From: an uncultured Gemmatimonadales bacterium | Lineage (GTDB): Bacteria > Gemmatimonadota > Gemmatimonadetes > Longimicrobiales > Longimicrobiaceae | DNA length: 64,000 nt | Assembly: GCA_963716255.1 (NCBI GenBank) | Contig: OY970303.1 | Location: 2,464,001-2,528,000, forward strand | Direction of reading: 5' to 3' | In this document: piece by piece, positions 39,403 to 49,752 of the stretch | How the letters are laid out: each line of letters begins with the position of its first letter | How positions within the stretch are numbered: the stretch's first letter is position 1 | Made by a program: the position numbers and the translations under genes | Notes under the pieces: generated by a model | Told to the model about the DNA's origin: nothing | Seen by the model: the letters and a program-made list of their open reading frames with translations, nothing else | Databases searched by the model: none

Positions 39403-39532
39403 CGCGTGAGGGATTTCGGCCCGGAGGGGCGAGACCGCGCGGCTGTTTGCGCGGTCTCGACTCCGTTGCACACGGTTGTTTCGTGTGCTACGGAGCCGAA
39501 GCCCGACCCCGGCGCCAGCCGGGGGCACGCCC
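39403..39532 (+). repeat. Family 1 repeat, copy E
   Basis: Matches the consensus; perfect GAGACCGCGC/GCGCGGTCTC stem. Confidence 0.9.
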
Positions 39533-39637
39533 GAACCCGCCGTCCAAAGCCGTTCCATCCGGACCCGGCCCGCCACGTGCGTACGCTGGCGCCCTCTGCG
39601 CCGACGCGCCCGCTTCCCACCCGTGCCGAGGCGACCG

Positions 39638-41461
39638 ATGCCGACACCGGAATTCGGCTTCACCCGCGACCGCGAGGAGGCCGGGGCGGTCCGCGACTAC
39701 CTGAACCCGCTCCCCCGCTCCATCGTCCGCCCGGACGAGCCGGAGCTGCTGGACGGGGAGTGGAAGTTCGCCCTGGACCTGGAGGACCGCGGGCTGGCGG
39801 GGCGCTGGCACCTGGGGCACGGGTACACGGACACCGCCGTCTGGCCCGGCTCCATCGAGGCCCACATGGCGGCGGCCAAGGACGCCCAGCAGGACACCCC
39901 CGCCTGGCAGGACCGGGTGGTGGCCTGGTACGAGCGCGAGTTCACGGTGCCGGAGGACTGGTGCGCCGACGCGGGATGCCTGGTGCAGGTGACCTTCGGG
40001 GCCTGCGGCTACGAGACGCGCGTTTGGCTCAACGGCCTCCCGCTGCGCACGGTGGAGGGCGAGGCGGTGCACTTGGGGGAGTACACCTCCTTCAGCTACG
40101 AGCTGCCGCCGGAGCTGCTGCGGCAGCGGGTCAACCGGCTCACGGTGCGCATCGCCGACTCCCTGGACGCGGAGATCCCGCGCGGCAAGCAGCAGTCGCA
40201 CGTGTACAAGCGGGGCGGCATCTGGTACCAGACGTACACGGGGGCGGTGCGCAGCGTGTGGCTGGAGCCGGTGCAGCGCAACCGCCTGCGCTCGCGGCTG
40301 GACGTGGTGAGCAGCTACCGCGACGGCTTCGTGGCCTTCGACCTCACCACGCGCGTGCAGGACCCCGGCGCGTACGCGCTCAAGCTGGTGGTGGCGCCGC
40401 GCGGGAGCGAGCAGCCCATCGCCGTGAGCGAGGTGGAGCTGCCGCTGGAGGCCGGCCAGAAGCGGCAGCGCGTCACCATGGAGCTGCCGGACGCGGCCCC
40501 CTGGTCGCCCGCGGCGCCCACCCTGTACACCCTGGTGGCGCAGCTCACGGGGCCGGATGGCGGCGTGTCTCAGATCGAGGCGCACTTCGGGCGGCGCACA
40601 GTGGAGGCGCGCGGCCGCTCCGTGTACCTGAACGGCGAGCCCATCTACCTGGACGGCATCCTGTACCAGCCGGGGACCGCCACCTTCGAGGAGATGGGGC
40701 GGCACATGCACGCCATGAAGGCGCTGGGGTGCAACCTGGTGCGCGTGCACATCGCCGGGATCGACCCGCGCATCTACGCCCTGGCGGACGAGATGGGGAT
40801 GCTGCTGTGGGTGGAGGTGCCCAGCCCCCACAGCTCCAGCCAGGCCAGCCGCGACAACCACTACGCCGAGCTGATGCGCATGCTGGTGCACATCGGCTCG
40901 CACCCCTCGGTGGTCATCTGGAGCCTGTACAACGAGGACTGGGGAGCGCAGGACATCGCCGGCAACGAGGAGACGCGCCGCTACGTCGCCCGCACCTACG
41001 ACTACATGCGCCTCAACCACCCGCAGCTGCTGGTGGTGGACAACGACGGCTGGAACCACGTGTCCATGGAGGGGCGGCTCAAGTCCGACCTGCTCACGGC
41101 GCACCTGTACACGCCGGAGCTGGAGCGCTGGCGCGAGTTGCTGGACCGGCTGGCGGAGGGGCACAACGAGGGGGTGGCAGTGCAGCCGCTGGTGGTGGGG
41201 GACCCGTTCTTCTACCGCGGGCAGGTGCCGCTGGTGGTGAGCGAGTGGGGCGGGTTCGGGTTCGCGGACTACGGGGGGCCGGACGATCCCGAGGGGCGGG
41301 CGGCGAGGATCTCCGCGTTCAAGCGGGAACTGCGGGGGCGGGTCATGGCGGGGGACGTGTACACGCAGGCCACGAGCATCGAGGACGAGGAGAACGGGCT
41401 GATCGAGCCTTCGTCCGGGGAGCTGCTGGTGCCTCCTGGGATTCTCAATTCGCGGGGGTGA
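39638..41461 (+). CDS. Glycoside hydrolase family 2-like protein
   Basis: LDGEWKF, PRGKQ, YLNGEPIYLDG, HPSVVIWSLYNEDWG and VSEWGG motifs. Confidence 0.88.
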   Translation: MPTPEFGFTRDREEAGAVRDYLNPLPRSIVRPDEPELLDGEWKFALDLEDRGLAGRWHLGHGYTDTAVWPGSIEAHMAAAKDAQQDTPAWQDRVVAWYEREFTVPEDWCADAGCLVQVTFGACGYETRVWLNGLPLRTVEGEAVHLGEYTSFSYELPPELLRQRVNRLTVRIADSLDAEIPRGKQQSHVYKRGGIWYQTYTGAVRSVWLEPVQRNRLRSRLDVVSSYRDGFVAFDLTTRVQDPGAYALKLVVAPRGSEQPIAVSEVELPLEAGQKRQRVTMELPDAAPWSPAAPTLYTLVAQLTGPDGGVSQIEAHFGRRTVEARGRSVYLNGEPIYLDGILYQPGTATFEEMGRHMHAMKALGCNLVRVHIAGIDPRIYALADEMGMLLWVEVPSPHSSSQASRDNHYAELMRMLVHIGSHPSVVIWSLYNEDWGAQDIAGNEETRRYVARTYDYMRLNHPQLLVVDNDGWNHVSMEGRLKSDLLTAHLYTPELERWRELLDRLAEGHNEGVAVQPLVVGDPFFYRGQVPLVVSEWGGFGFADYGGPDDPEGRAARISAFKRELRGRVMAGDVYTQATSIEDEENGLIEPSSGELLVPPGILNSRG

Positions 41462-41495
41462 CGGAACGGCGACGGAACGGCTGAACGACGGTTTG

Positions 41496-41625
41496 GGGCG
41501 TGCCCCCGGCTGGCGCCGGGGTCGGGCTTCGGCTCCGTAAGCCCGCAAACAACGCGGGCTAACGGAGTCGAGCCCCGCGAAACTGCCCGCGGGTCTCGCC
41601 CCTTCGGGCCGAAATCCCTCACGCG
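41496..41625 (-). repeat. Family 1 repeat, copy F
   Basis: Reverse complement of the consensus. Confidence 0.9.
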
Positions 41626-41709
41626 AGGTTCGAGCTGGCGTCCTCGGGAGGCCTCTCCCGGCCGACCCCAGACCCGGCGCCCGCATGAGCGCACCGTCGT
41701 TGTCGTGCT

Positions 41710-41752
41710 CCCCCTCTCCCAGCATTGGGAGAGGGGGCCGGGGGGTGAGGGC
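41710..41752. repeat. Short REP-like palindrome
   Basis: CCCCCTCTCCCA-gcat-TGGGAGAGGGGGCCGGGGGGTGAGGG; the 3' part recurs at 1096-1117. Confidence 0.6.
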
Positions 41753-43228
41753 CTACCGCCGCACCGCCACCGCCAGGTCCGTGACGAACGGCGGCAGGCG
41801 CAGCAGCAGCCCGTCCCCGCCGGTGGCCTCCGCCTCCCAATCGCCGCGGCTCTCCCCCGCCTCCGTGTCCCACGCGGACACCTGGTAGCGCCCCGCGGCC
41901 AGACCGGGGACGCGCACTTCGGCCTGGACCGGCTCCGCGTCGCGCCGCAGCCGCCCGTCCTTGCCGATGGTGCCCTTTCCCTTCCTCAGCAGCCACACCA
42001 CCGCCTGCGCCTCGTCGCCGCAGGCGAAGCCGGCGAGCGCGGGCGTGGAGACCGTGATCTCCGCGTTGAGGTTGCGGCGGCGGAACCGGGTCCAGTCGAT
42101 CAACGGGAGGAAGCCGTCGAGGGCGCGCTGCGCGCGCCGCATCCCCGCGGTCAGCACGTGGGGGTGGCGGTTGGGCCAGCGCATCCCACCGCCCGCGCCG
42201 CCCGAGGCGAGGTGGGCCCACTGGATGTGGCGGAAGTACTCGTCGTCGAACAGCTCCGGGAGGATGACGTGGCAATCCTTGAAGGTGTGGATGGGGCCGT
42301 GCTCGCTGTCGAAGAAGGGGCGCAGGTCGCGGATCCCGGCCAGCGCCTCGCGGGTCAGGCGCCCGGCGGCGACCGCGGGCGCCACCGTGTCGCGCGGGTT
42401 GTCGATGGTGCCCCTCTCGTAGAAGTGGCTGCTGGCGAAGTCCAGCTCCGGGTGGCGGAGGATGGGGTCCACGAGCTGCGGGTGCTTCACCAGCTCCGGG
42501 CCGAACACCGACACGGTCTGCGGGTGGGCGCGGCCATGCAGGCGCGTCTCCGTGTCGCGCAGGAAGCGCGACAGGTCGGTGATGACGCCGTGGAGGTCGT
42601 CGAAGCGGTCGTCGGCCTGGGCGGGTTGGAACTCGTTCCACAGGTCCCAGGCGAAGAGCACGCCGCTGTTCCCCCAGCGCGCCGTGGCGAACTCCAGCCG
42701 CCGCTTGACCGCCTCGCGCGTCGCGGGGCAGACCAGGAGCTGCGTGCGGTCCGCGCACGGCCCGCCGTTGCCGCGGTTGTAGGGGTGCTTCTTCCAGCGC
42801 TTCCAGGTGAAGAAGGTGTCGAACGGGGTCAGCAGGATACGCATCCCCACGCGCTCGCAGACCGCGAACAGGTCGTCCCACAGCTGCACCATGTTGGGCT
42901 GGAACGTGCCCACCGGCCGCTCCAGGTAGCGGTGCTCGCGGTGCGCGTACTCCAGCATCAGCCGCAGCACGGTGACGCCGTGCTCCCGGAACCGGAGGAG
43001 GTGCGCCTCCACCCCCGCCAGGTCGCGCCGCCGGAAGAGCCCGGCCAGCTCCGGCCAGGTGATGGCGTCGTTCTGCCCCACGGGCGTCCACGCCTCGCCG
43101 TGCTCGGTGACGAAATACGGCGCCCCCGGCGCCACCGAGATCCAGGGAAGCGACCCGGTGGGGTCGGCGGGCGAGGCGGAGCGGGCCGCGCGCGGCCGCG
43201 GCGGAGCGGAAAGCAGGTTGGAGCTCAC
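41753..43228 (-). CDS. Clan GH-A (GH5-like) glycoside hydrolase
   Basis: FAWDLWNE acid/base and FFDSEHGP nucleophile motifs; GTG start assumed. Confidence 0.75.
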   Translation of the reverse strand: MSSNLLSAPPRPRAARSASPADPTGSLPWISVAPGAPYFVTEHGEAWTPVGQNDAITWPELAGLFRRRDLAGVEAHLLRFREHGVTVLRLMLEYAHREHRYLERPVGTFQPNMVQLWDDLFAVCERVGMRILLTPFDTFFTWKRWKKHPYNRGNGGPCADRTQLLVCPATREAVKRRLEFATARWGNSGVLFAWDLWNEFQPAQADDRFDDLHGVITDLSRFLRDTETRLHGRAHPQTVSVFGPELVKHPQLVDPILRHPELDFASSHFYERGTIDNPRDTVAPAVAAGRLTREALAGIRDLRPFFDSEHGPIHTFKDCHVILPELFDDEYFRHIQWAHLASGGAGGGMRWPNRHPHVLTAGMRRAQRALDGFLPLIDWTRFRRRNLNAEITVSTPALAGFACGDEAQAVVWLLRKGKGTIGKDGRLRRDAEPVQAEVRVPGLAAGRYQVSAWDTEAGESRGDWEAEATGGDGLLLRLPPFVTDLAVAVRR

Positions 43229-43261
43229 GTTCAAACGTCTATGTCGAAGCGGGAAAGCAGT

Positions 43262-43397
43262 CGCGTGAGGGATTTCGGCCCGAAGGGGCGAGACCCGACA
43301 CCAGTATCGTCGGGGCTCGACTCCGTTAGCCCGCGTTGTTTGCGGGCTTACGGAGCCGAAGCCCACGGAACGCCCGGCGCCAGCCGGGGGCACGCCC
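43262..43397 (+). repeat. Family 1 repeat, copy G
   Basis: Matches the consensus with a variant loop in the GAGAC hairpin. Confidence 0.85.
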
Positions 43398-43429
43398 ACA
43401 CCTGCCGTAATCAGTCACTGAGCCTACCG

Positions 43430-43614
43430 CCGCGTCATCCGCGCGCAGAAGTCCGCGAACTCGTCGGGGCTGGCGAGTTCGCCCCTTATCCTCCACCTCG
43501 GGTGAGCAGAACGCGGCCCGGCGCCGCCAGGGCGCGACAAAGGCCACGCCAGAGTGCGGCGTGGCCGTTCCCCCACGAGGAGCTCGCCGTCGGCCCGAAG
43601 ACGACCCGTTTCAT
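43430..43614 (-). pseudogene. N-terminal remnant of a CgeB-like glycosyltransferase
   Basis: MKRVVFGPTASSSWGNGHAALWRGLCRALA resembles the SSSWGNGHAT..RGL N-terminus of CgeB-like proteins; stop after about 42 codons. Confidence 0.65.
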
Positions 43615-43889
43615 GCAGCCGCAGCACCCCTCCCCCGGTGGTCCTCCGCGGGTGCCGGGAGGCGTCGGCGAGCCGTACGTTTCCCGGACCGGACCGGGCG
43701 GCCGTCCGCGAAATCCATGCCCTTCGCGGGATGGAGCAACGTAGATGCCGCGGAAATTCCGGGACCCGCGGGGGTCGGCGGAAGGCTGGAAACCGATGGA
43801 GCAAGGTGGTTGAAGATGCCGGGTTCCGGGGCGGGCGCAGCAAGGACGGCTGCATGGAACGGGTTCCGGACGGCGGGGTGCGCGCCGGA

Positions 43890-44219
43890 TCAGCCGGGAG
43901 GCGGTCCGCCCGCGGGCTCTTCCGGCGGCAGCATGGCCCCGATCTGCTCCAGGGCGCCCTGCAGGGTGACGGTGTAGCGGAAAAGGTCGGGCCGGCGCTG
44001 TCCCAGCTCGCGCACCAGGTTGGCGAGCGAGGAGGCGAGATACGCCTTGTTGGGCACCTCCACGCCGTACAGCAGGTTGATGGCCCCCCCGGCGTCCATC
44101 TGCATCTCGCGCGGGCTGCCGTACAGCTGCCGCGTGAGCCGGCGGACGAGCCGGTCCAGCGTGGCGTGCAGGCGGCGCAGGTCCTCCGTGGGCTGGGCGG
44201 GCTGAGCGGACGGGTCCAT
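43890..44219 (-). CDS. Small hypothetical protein
   Basis: 109-aa ORF with genome-typical codon style. Confidence 0.6.
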   Translation of the reverse strand: MDPSAQPAQPTEDLRRLHATLDRLVRRLTRQLYGSPREMQMDAGGAINLLYGVEVPNKAYLASSLANLVRELGQRRPDLFRYTVTLQGALEQIGAMLPPEEPAGGPPPG

Positions 44220-44336
44220 GGGGCCGGGGAACGGAGTGCGCGGCAGAAGGCGTGGCTTCGGGACACCCGAGGTCAAAGCTCGACCGTGGACCCGGCGGAC
44301 GCAAGGCTCCTGCCGAGCGGACGCCAGCACCAGCCC

Positions 44337-44466
44337 CGCGTGAGGGACTACGGCCCGAAGGGGCGAGACCGCGCGGCTGTTTGCGCGGGCTCGACTCCGT
44401 TACGCACGGTTGTTTCGTGCGTAACGGAGCCGAAGCCCGACCCCGGCGCCAGCCGGGGGCACGCCC
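44337..44466 (+). repeat. Family 1 repeat, copy H
   Basis: Matches the consensus. Confidence 0.9.
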
Positions 44467-44519
44467 AAACCCGCTGTTGAACACCGTCCCGCCGAAAACG
44501 GATCGATCGACACAACCCG

Positions 44520-47009
44520 TCAGCTGCCGTACGGCACCCCGCTCCGCGGATCCGACTCCGGCTGCTGCTGGGGCTGCGGCTGCCGCACCCGGGGCGGCCG
44601 CCCGAAGTTGTAGTTGAAGCCCAGGAACACCGCCCGCGCCCCGAACTGCCGGTCGGTCTCCTGGATGAACCGCCCGTCGTCGGTGCGGACGTTGAACCGC
44701 ATGGTGTTGAACGGGTCCATCACGCGCAGGCTGAGGCTGGACCGGTCGCCCCGCAGCTTCTGCCGCACGGACAGGCTGGTCATGGAGAACGCGGACACCC
44801 GCCCCTGCTCCACGTTCATGGGGGCGCGGTACATGTACATCCCCTGCACGTCCAGCGTGGGGCTCACCTTGTAGCTGGCGTTCACCCGCGCGGACCAGGT
44901 GAAGGCGCTGGTGTCGAGGTCGGGCGAGACGTTGCTCCCGTCGGTCTCCATCTGGAACACGTTGAAGCTGCCGAAGCCGCTGAAGCGGTCGCCCAGTCGC
45001 AGCGAGCCGGTGACGTCGGTGCCGTAGGAGTCGCTGGTCGCCAGGTTGGAAAAGGTGCTGGTGCTGACGCCCAGGTCGCTGACCGTGCGGGTGCGCCGGA
45101 TCACGTCCTCGGTGCGCCGGAAGAACGGCGTCACCTGCAGGGAGCCTCTGGGGAAGGACTGCTGGTAGCCCAGCTCCAGGGCGTGGGTGAACTCCGGCGT
45201 GAGCGACGGGTTGCCCACGATGACGTTGCGCTCGTCCTCGTGGAAGGCGAAGGGGTTCAGCAGCTGGGTGCTCACCCGCTGGATGCGCCGGGAGTAGCTC
45301 ACCTTCACCTGGCGGGTGTCGCTCAGGTTGTACGACGCCAGGCCGCTGGGGAAGTAGTTGACCTGGTCGTTGGCGTAGCTGTCGCCGCCGCCCAGGTCGA
45401 AGTCGGAGGTGGCGCGCTCCACCCGGAGCCCCGCCTGGAGGTCCGCCCTGCCCAGGTTCTGGCTGACGACGCCGTACACGGCGTGCACCTGGTCGTCGTA
45501 GCTGAACTCGTTGCTGTTCCCGTCGCGGACCCACAGGTTTTCGGGGTACGAGAAGCTCTGCAGCAGGTAGTCGTTGTCCAGCCAGCGGAGCGAGCCCTTG
45601 TACCCGGTCTCCAGCTTGGTGCGCGGCCCCAGCCCCCGCGTGTAGTCGGCCTGGAAGGTCAGGTTGTCGTTCACCGCCGCCATGCGGGTGCTCGCCAGCT
45701 CCGACTGGTCGCCCAGCACCGCCCCGTCCACCGTCAGCGAGTCCACGGTGAACAGGTTGCGAGTCCAGAAGTCCGCCCGGTTGAAGCGCAGCTCGGCGAC
45801 GAGCTCGTCGCGCTGGGGCTCCACCGTGCGGCGGAACGCCAGCGAGGCGTCCAGGTTGTTGTCGCTCCCCCGGTTCGCGGTGACGTCGCGCGAGCGGCCG
45901 AACACGTCCTGCTCGGCGTCGAGCCGGAAGTAGTCGTTGCTGGTGTCCAGCTCGATGTCGCGGTCGCCGAACAGGAAGCTGGCGGACAGGGTGTTCTGCT
46001 TGCCCAGGCGCAGGTCGGCGCTGGTGTTGAGCACGTTGCCCAGGACGTCGGCGGTGCCCAGGATCTCCTGCCGCTGGAACGCGAAGGCGTTGGGACGGAC
46101 CAGGCTCTCCAGCAGGTTGTAGCCGTTGGTCTCGCGGTTGTCGACGTTGAGGCCGTAGCTGCCGAAGAGGGTGAGCGGCCCCTGCTGGTAGCCCAGGTTC
46201 CCGGAGGCGTTGTACCGGTTGCCGGTCCCGGCGCTCGCCATGACCCCGCCGCTGAGCCCCAGGTCGGCGTTCTGCTTCATGACGATGTTGATGATCCCCG
46301 CCATCCCCTCGGGGTCGTACTTGGCCGAGGGATTGGGAACCACCTCCACCCTCTCGACCATGTTGGCCGGGAGCTGCTGGAGGAAGCCGGCGAGCTGGGC
46401 GCCGCTCATGGGAGCGGCGCGGCCGTTGAGCTGCACGGCCACGTTGGGGTTGCCGCGCAGGCTCAGCTTGCCCTCGCCGTCCACTTCCACGGAGGGGACG
46501 CTGCGCAGCACGTCCGTGGCGGTCCCCCCGGCCGGCGCCAGCTCGCGCGCGGCGTACGTGTTCCGGTCGGGGGCCAGCGCCACGGCGGAGCGCTCCGCCC
46601 GCACTTCCAGCCCCTCCAGCGCCACCGCCGACGCGGCCAGGCGGATCTGCCCCAGGTCGGCCTGCGGCGCCTGCGGCGTGAGCGCGACCCGGGGGGTGGC
46701 CGCCGTGTACCCCAGCGCGCCCACCCTGAGGTAGTAGCTCCCGGGGCGCAGCCCCTCGATCCGGAAGACGCCGTCCGGCCCGGCCACGGCGCCGGTCACC
46801 AGCGCCGAGTCGGCGGCGCTCCACACGCCCACGCTCGCGGAGGCGACGGGGCTTCCGGTGGCCGCGTCGAGCACGGTGCCGCGGATCACGCCGGAGGGGG
46901 CCTGGGGCCTCGCCCCGGCGGGCGGCCCCTGCGCGGGGACCTGTGCATGGACCGCCGCCGGAAGTCCCGCGACGACGAGGGCGAGGAGGGCACCATGGAT
47001 ATGCCTCAT
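44520..47009 (-). CDS. TonB-dependent receptor (carboxypeptidase-regulatory-like N-domain, plug, beta-barrel)
   Basis: Signal peptide; DVLRSVPSVEVD, NPSAKYDPEGMAGIINIV, GNPSLTPE and FNYNFG motifs. Confidence 0.92.
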   Translation of the reverse strand: MRHIHGALLALVVAGLPAAVHAQVPAQGPPAGARPQAPSGVIRGTVLDAATGSPVASASVGVWSAADSALVTGAVAGPDGVFRIEGLRPGSYYLRVGALGYTAATPRVALTPQAPQADLGQIRLAASAVALEGLEVRAERSAVALAPDRNTYAARELAPAGGTATDVLRSVPSVEVDGEGKLSLRGNPNVAVQLNGRAAPMSGAQLAGFLQQLPANMVERVEVVPNPSAKYDPEGMAGIINIVMKQNADLGLSGGVMASAGTGNRYNASGNLGYQQGPLTLFGSYGLNVDNRETNGYNLLESLVRPNAFAFQRQEILGTADVLGNVLNTSADLRLGKQNTLSASFLFGDRDIELDTSNDYFRLDAEQDVFGRSRDVTANRGSDNNLDASLAFRRTVEPQRDELVAELRFNRADFWTRNLFTVDSLTVDGAVLGDQSELASTRMAAVNDNLTFQADYTRGLGPRTKLETGYKGSLRWLDNDYLLQSFSYPENLWVRDGNSNEFSYDDQVHAVYGVVSQNLGRADLQAGLRVERATSDFDLGGGDSYANDQVNYFPSGLASYNLSDTRQVKVSYSRRIQRVSTQLLNPFAFHEDERNVIVGNPSLTPEFTHALELGYQQSFPRGSLQVTPFFRRTEDVIRRTRTVSDLGVSTSTFSNLATSDSYGTDVTGSLRLGDRFSGFGSFNVFQMETDGSNVSPDLDTSAFTWSARVNASYKVSPTLDVQGMYMYRAPMNVEQGRVSAFSMTSLSVRQKLRGDRSSLSLRVMDPFNTMRFNVRTDDGRFIQETDRQFGARAVFLGFNYNFGRPPRVRQPQPQQQPESDPRSGVPYGS

Positions 47010-47530
47010 GAAAGCGTCTTCCTGGACGGGTGTGGATCCCGCTCCCGCCGGGGCACGGCAGGGAGCCGGGAGGGTACGGGTCGCCGGGGAGCGCCGCCCC
47101 CGGAACCATAGACACGCGAGCCCACCGAAACGTTGCCGCCACGTTGTGCGGCGGCGATGCGGCTGGTACACTGCGGGATGGCCGCGGGGTCCCACGGATG
47201 GGAACGCCGCGGGGCCCGCCGACCTTTCCCGTGCGAGTATCCGCGCACGGACACCCTGCTGCCGGGACGCTTCGATTGCCTCCTTGCAAGCGCTCCGGTG
47301 ATCCCTTGCGTGGTTGGCGGCCCGGGGTTACTGTGCGAATGGCAGGCAATCGCTGGCAGGATCTATGCGCCGGGGTGCGCTCCCCGGCCAGAGCGGTTCC
47401 GCCAGGATCTCCGCGCCCCACTTCGCGGTCCGCGGGCCGCGCCCGGTGCTCCCCGCCCCGGTCGAATTCCCCTGTGGCGCCTGTGGACCGCGGCGCTCCG
47501 TCACCCACCGTCACCCGGCCGGAGGCTCCC

Positions 47531-48217
47531 ATGAGGGACATGAAGGAAACGCTGGCGAACGTGCTCACCGTCGTGCTCACCCTCTGTGCCGTGGTGGTCA
47601 CCGGGCTGGTGGTGCGCAGGGAGTTCTTCGCCCCGCGGCCGCCGGACCCGAGCGCGGAGCGGGCGGTGAAGGGGTGGGAGCCCCTCGCCACCGGCGCCAG
47701 CGTGCTCGGCGCGGCGAACGCCCCGGTCCGCATCATCACCTTCTCGGACTTCCAGTGCCCGTTCTGCGCCCGGGTCAACGAGGGGATCGACCGGGTGCTC
47801 GCCAACGACCCCCGGAGGGTGGCCGTGGTGTACCGCCACTTCCCGCTGGAGGCCATCCACCCCCACGCCTTCGCCGCCGCCAACGCCGCGGAGTGCGCCG
47901 GGGCGCAGGGCCGCTTCGAGGCGTACCACGACGCTCTCTTCGCGGGGCAGGACTCCATCGGCAAGCGCGGCTGGGAGCGCTATGCCCAGGACGCCGCCGT
48001 CCCCGACATGGCCGAGTTCGGCCGCTGCGTGGCGGAGGACCGCTTCCACGCCCGCATCGCGGCAGACCAGAAGGCGGGGGAGAAGCTGGGCGTAAGCGGG
48101 ACCCCGTCCTTTATCTTCGAGGGCCGCATGATCACCGGGGCCGACGCGCCCGACCGGCTCGACGCCTGGGTCAAGGAAGCGCTCGCCCGCAAGGGCGGCA
48201 CGGTGGCCAGCCGGTAG
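47531..48217 (+). CDS. Membrane-anchored DsbA-family thioredoxin-fold protein
   Basis: GGAGG RBS; N-terminal TM; FSDFQCPFC, YRHFPL and GVSGTPSF motifs. Confidence 0.9.
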   Translation: MRDMKETLANVLTVVLTLCAVVVTGLVVRREFFAPRPPDPSAERAVKGWEPLATGASVLGAANAPVRIITFSDFQCPFCARVNEGIDRVLANDPRRVAVVYRHFPLEAIHPHAFAAANAAECAGAQGRFEAYHDALFAGQDSIGKRGWERYAQDAAVPDMAEFGRCVAEDRFHARIAADQKAGEKLGVSGTPSFIFEGRMITGADAPDRLDAWVKEALARKGGTVASR

Positions 48218-48483
48218 GCGCGGGCGCGGACGGAAGAGGGCGCCGCGAGGCGTTCCGGGCGGGGGCGGGAGCGGGAGCTCCCGCCCCCGCTCCGCTTTCA
48301 CTCCTCCCCGGCCCGCCGGGCCGGAGGCAACCCTGCGCGCCGGAGCGGCGTCTCACTTCACAGGACGCCATACGGAAGCGGCACGCCGGCCAGGCGCGGA
48401 GCTGTCATCTTGTATGCGCCGATAGCTTTGGATATGTTTCGCGTTCTCAATCCAATCCCCCCGATCCTCCTACGCGCGTCCCC

Positions 48484-49683
48484 ATGATCCGCTCCCGCCG
48501 CACCTTCGGCATCGCCGCCGCCCTGGTGGCGCTCCTGGCGCTCTCCACCGCCATCTACGCCCGCATCCGCGGCGAGGGCGAGGACGCGGCGAGCTCCGCC
48601 GCGGGAGAGTCCGCGGCGGGGGATTCCGCGGCCGGCGCGGGCACCTCGGCCTCCGGCACCTTCGCCACCGACGTGGCCATCCCGGTGCAGGGGACCAAGG
48701 CCAGCCGGGGGACGCTGGTGGTGGCGGTGAGCGCCGCGGGCCAGGCGGAGGCGTGGAAGCGCACCATCGTCACCGCGCAGGTGACGGGGCGCATCGCCGG
48801 GCTCCCGGTGCGCGAGAGCGACATGGTGGGCGCGGGGCAGCCGGTGGTGGCGCTGGACCCCGCCGAGTACGCGCTGGCCGTGCAGGAGGCGCAGGCCTCC
48901 GTCCGCGACGCGGAGGCCAAGTTCCGCGAGCAGACGCTGTTCGACGAGCGCATCACCGACGTCGCGACGCGTGAAGAGCGGGCCAGGGTGGCGCGCTCCA
49001 AGAGCGGGCTGGAGGGCGCCGAGGTCCGGCTCCGCCGGGCGCAGCTCGACCTGCAGCGCACCCGCCTGGGCGCCCCCTTCGCCGGCCGCATCGCCGACGT
49101 CAAGGTGACCAACGGCCAGTGGGTGCAGCAGGGCGCCGAGCTGATGACGGTGGTGGACCTGGATCCCATCCGCGTGGAGGTGCAGGTGCTGGAGAGCGAG
49201 GTGGGCTTCCTGGCCCCCGGCCGCGTCGCACGGGTGTCGTTCGCCGCCTTCCCCACGGAGCCCTTCGCCGGCCGGGTGGAGACCATCAACCCCGTGGTGG
49301 AGAGCGGGACCCGCACCGCGCGCGTCACGGTGCTGGTTCCCAACCCGCAGGGGCGCATCCTCCCCGGGATGTACGCCCGCGTATCGCTGGACGCCCGCCG
49401 CTTCGAGAACCGCGTCCTGGTGCCGCGCACCGCCATCCTGGAGCGCGACCGCCGCACCATGCTCTTCGTGTACGACGGCGACGACCGCGGCGGCCTGGCC
49501 AAGTGGCGCTACGTGACCACCGGGCTGCAGAACGACTCGCAGGTGGAGATCGTTCCCAGCGCGGAAACGGACAGCGTCGCCCCCGGCGAGACCGTGCTCA
49601 CCGACGGCCACTACACCCTGATCCACGACGCCCGCGTGCGCCTGGTGGACGACGTCAAGAAGGCGGGGGGCCGGCCGCAGTAG
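48484..49683 (+). CDS. RND efflux periplasmic adaptor (MFP)
   Basis: N-terminal anchor; APFAGRI, INPVVESGTRT and ILPGMYA motifs. Confidence 0.92.
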   Translation: MIRSRRTFGIAAALVALLALSTAIYARIRGEGEDAASSAAGESAAGDSAAGAGTSASGTFATDVAIPVQGTKASRGTLVVAVSAAGQAEAWKRTIVTAQVTGRIAGLPVRESDMVGAGQPVVALDPAEYALAVQEAQASVRDAEAKFREQTLFDERITDVATREERARVARSKSGLEGAEVRLRRAQLDLQRTRLGAPFAGRIADVKVTNGQWVQQGAELMTVVDLDPIRVEVQVLESEVGFLAPGRVARVSFAAFPTEPFAGRVETINPVVESGTRTARVTVLVPNPQGRILPGMYARVSLDARRFENRVLVPRTAILERDRRTMLFVYDGDDRGGLAKWRYVTTGLQNDSQVEIVPSAETDSVAPGETVLTDGHYTLIHDARVRLVDDVKKAGGRPQ

Positions 49684-49752
49684 CGCCCCCGGCCCCGATC
49701 CCCTCGGCGCCTCTCCCGGCGCCGCCGTCCATTCCCGCCCTGCCGCGAGCCC

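Noticed and set aside
43486..47964. 1492-aa minus-strand ORF, and similar long ORFs such as 17865-21215 and 22441-25839
   Set aside because: Alternative-frame shadows of real genes; only the last ~42 codons of this one (CgeB-like remnant) look meaningful
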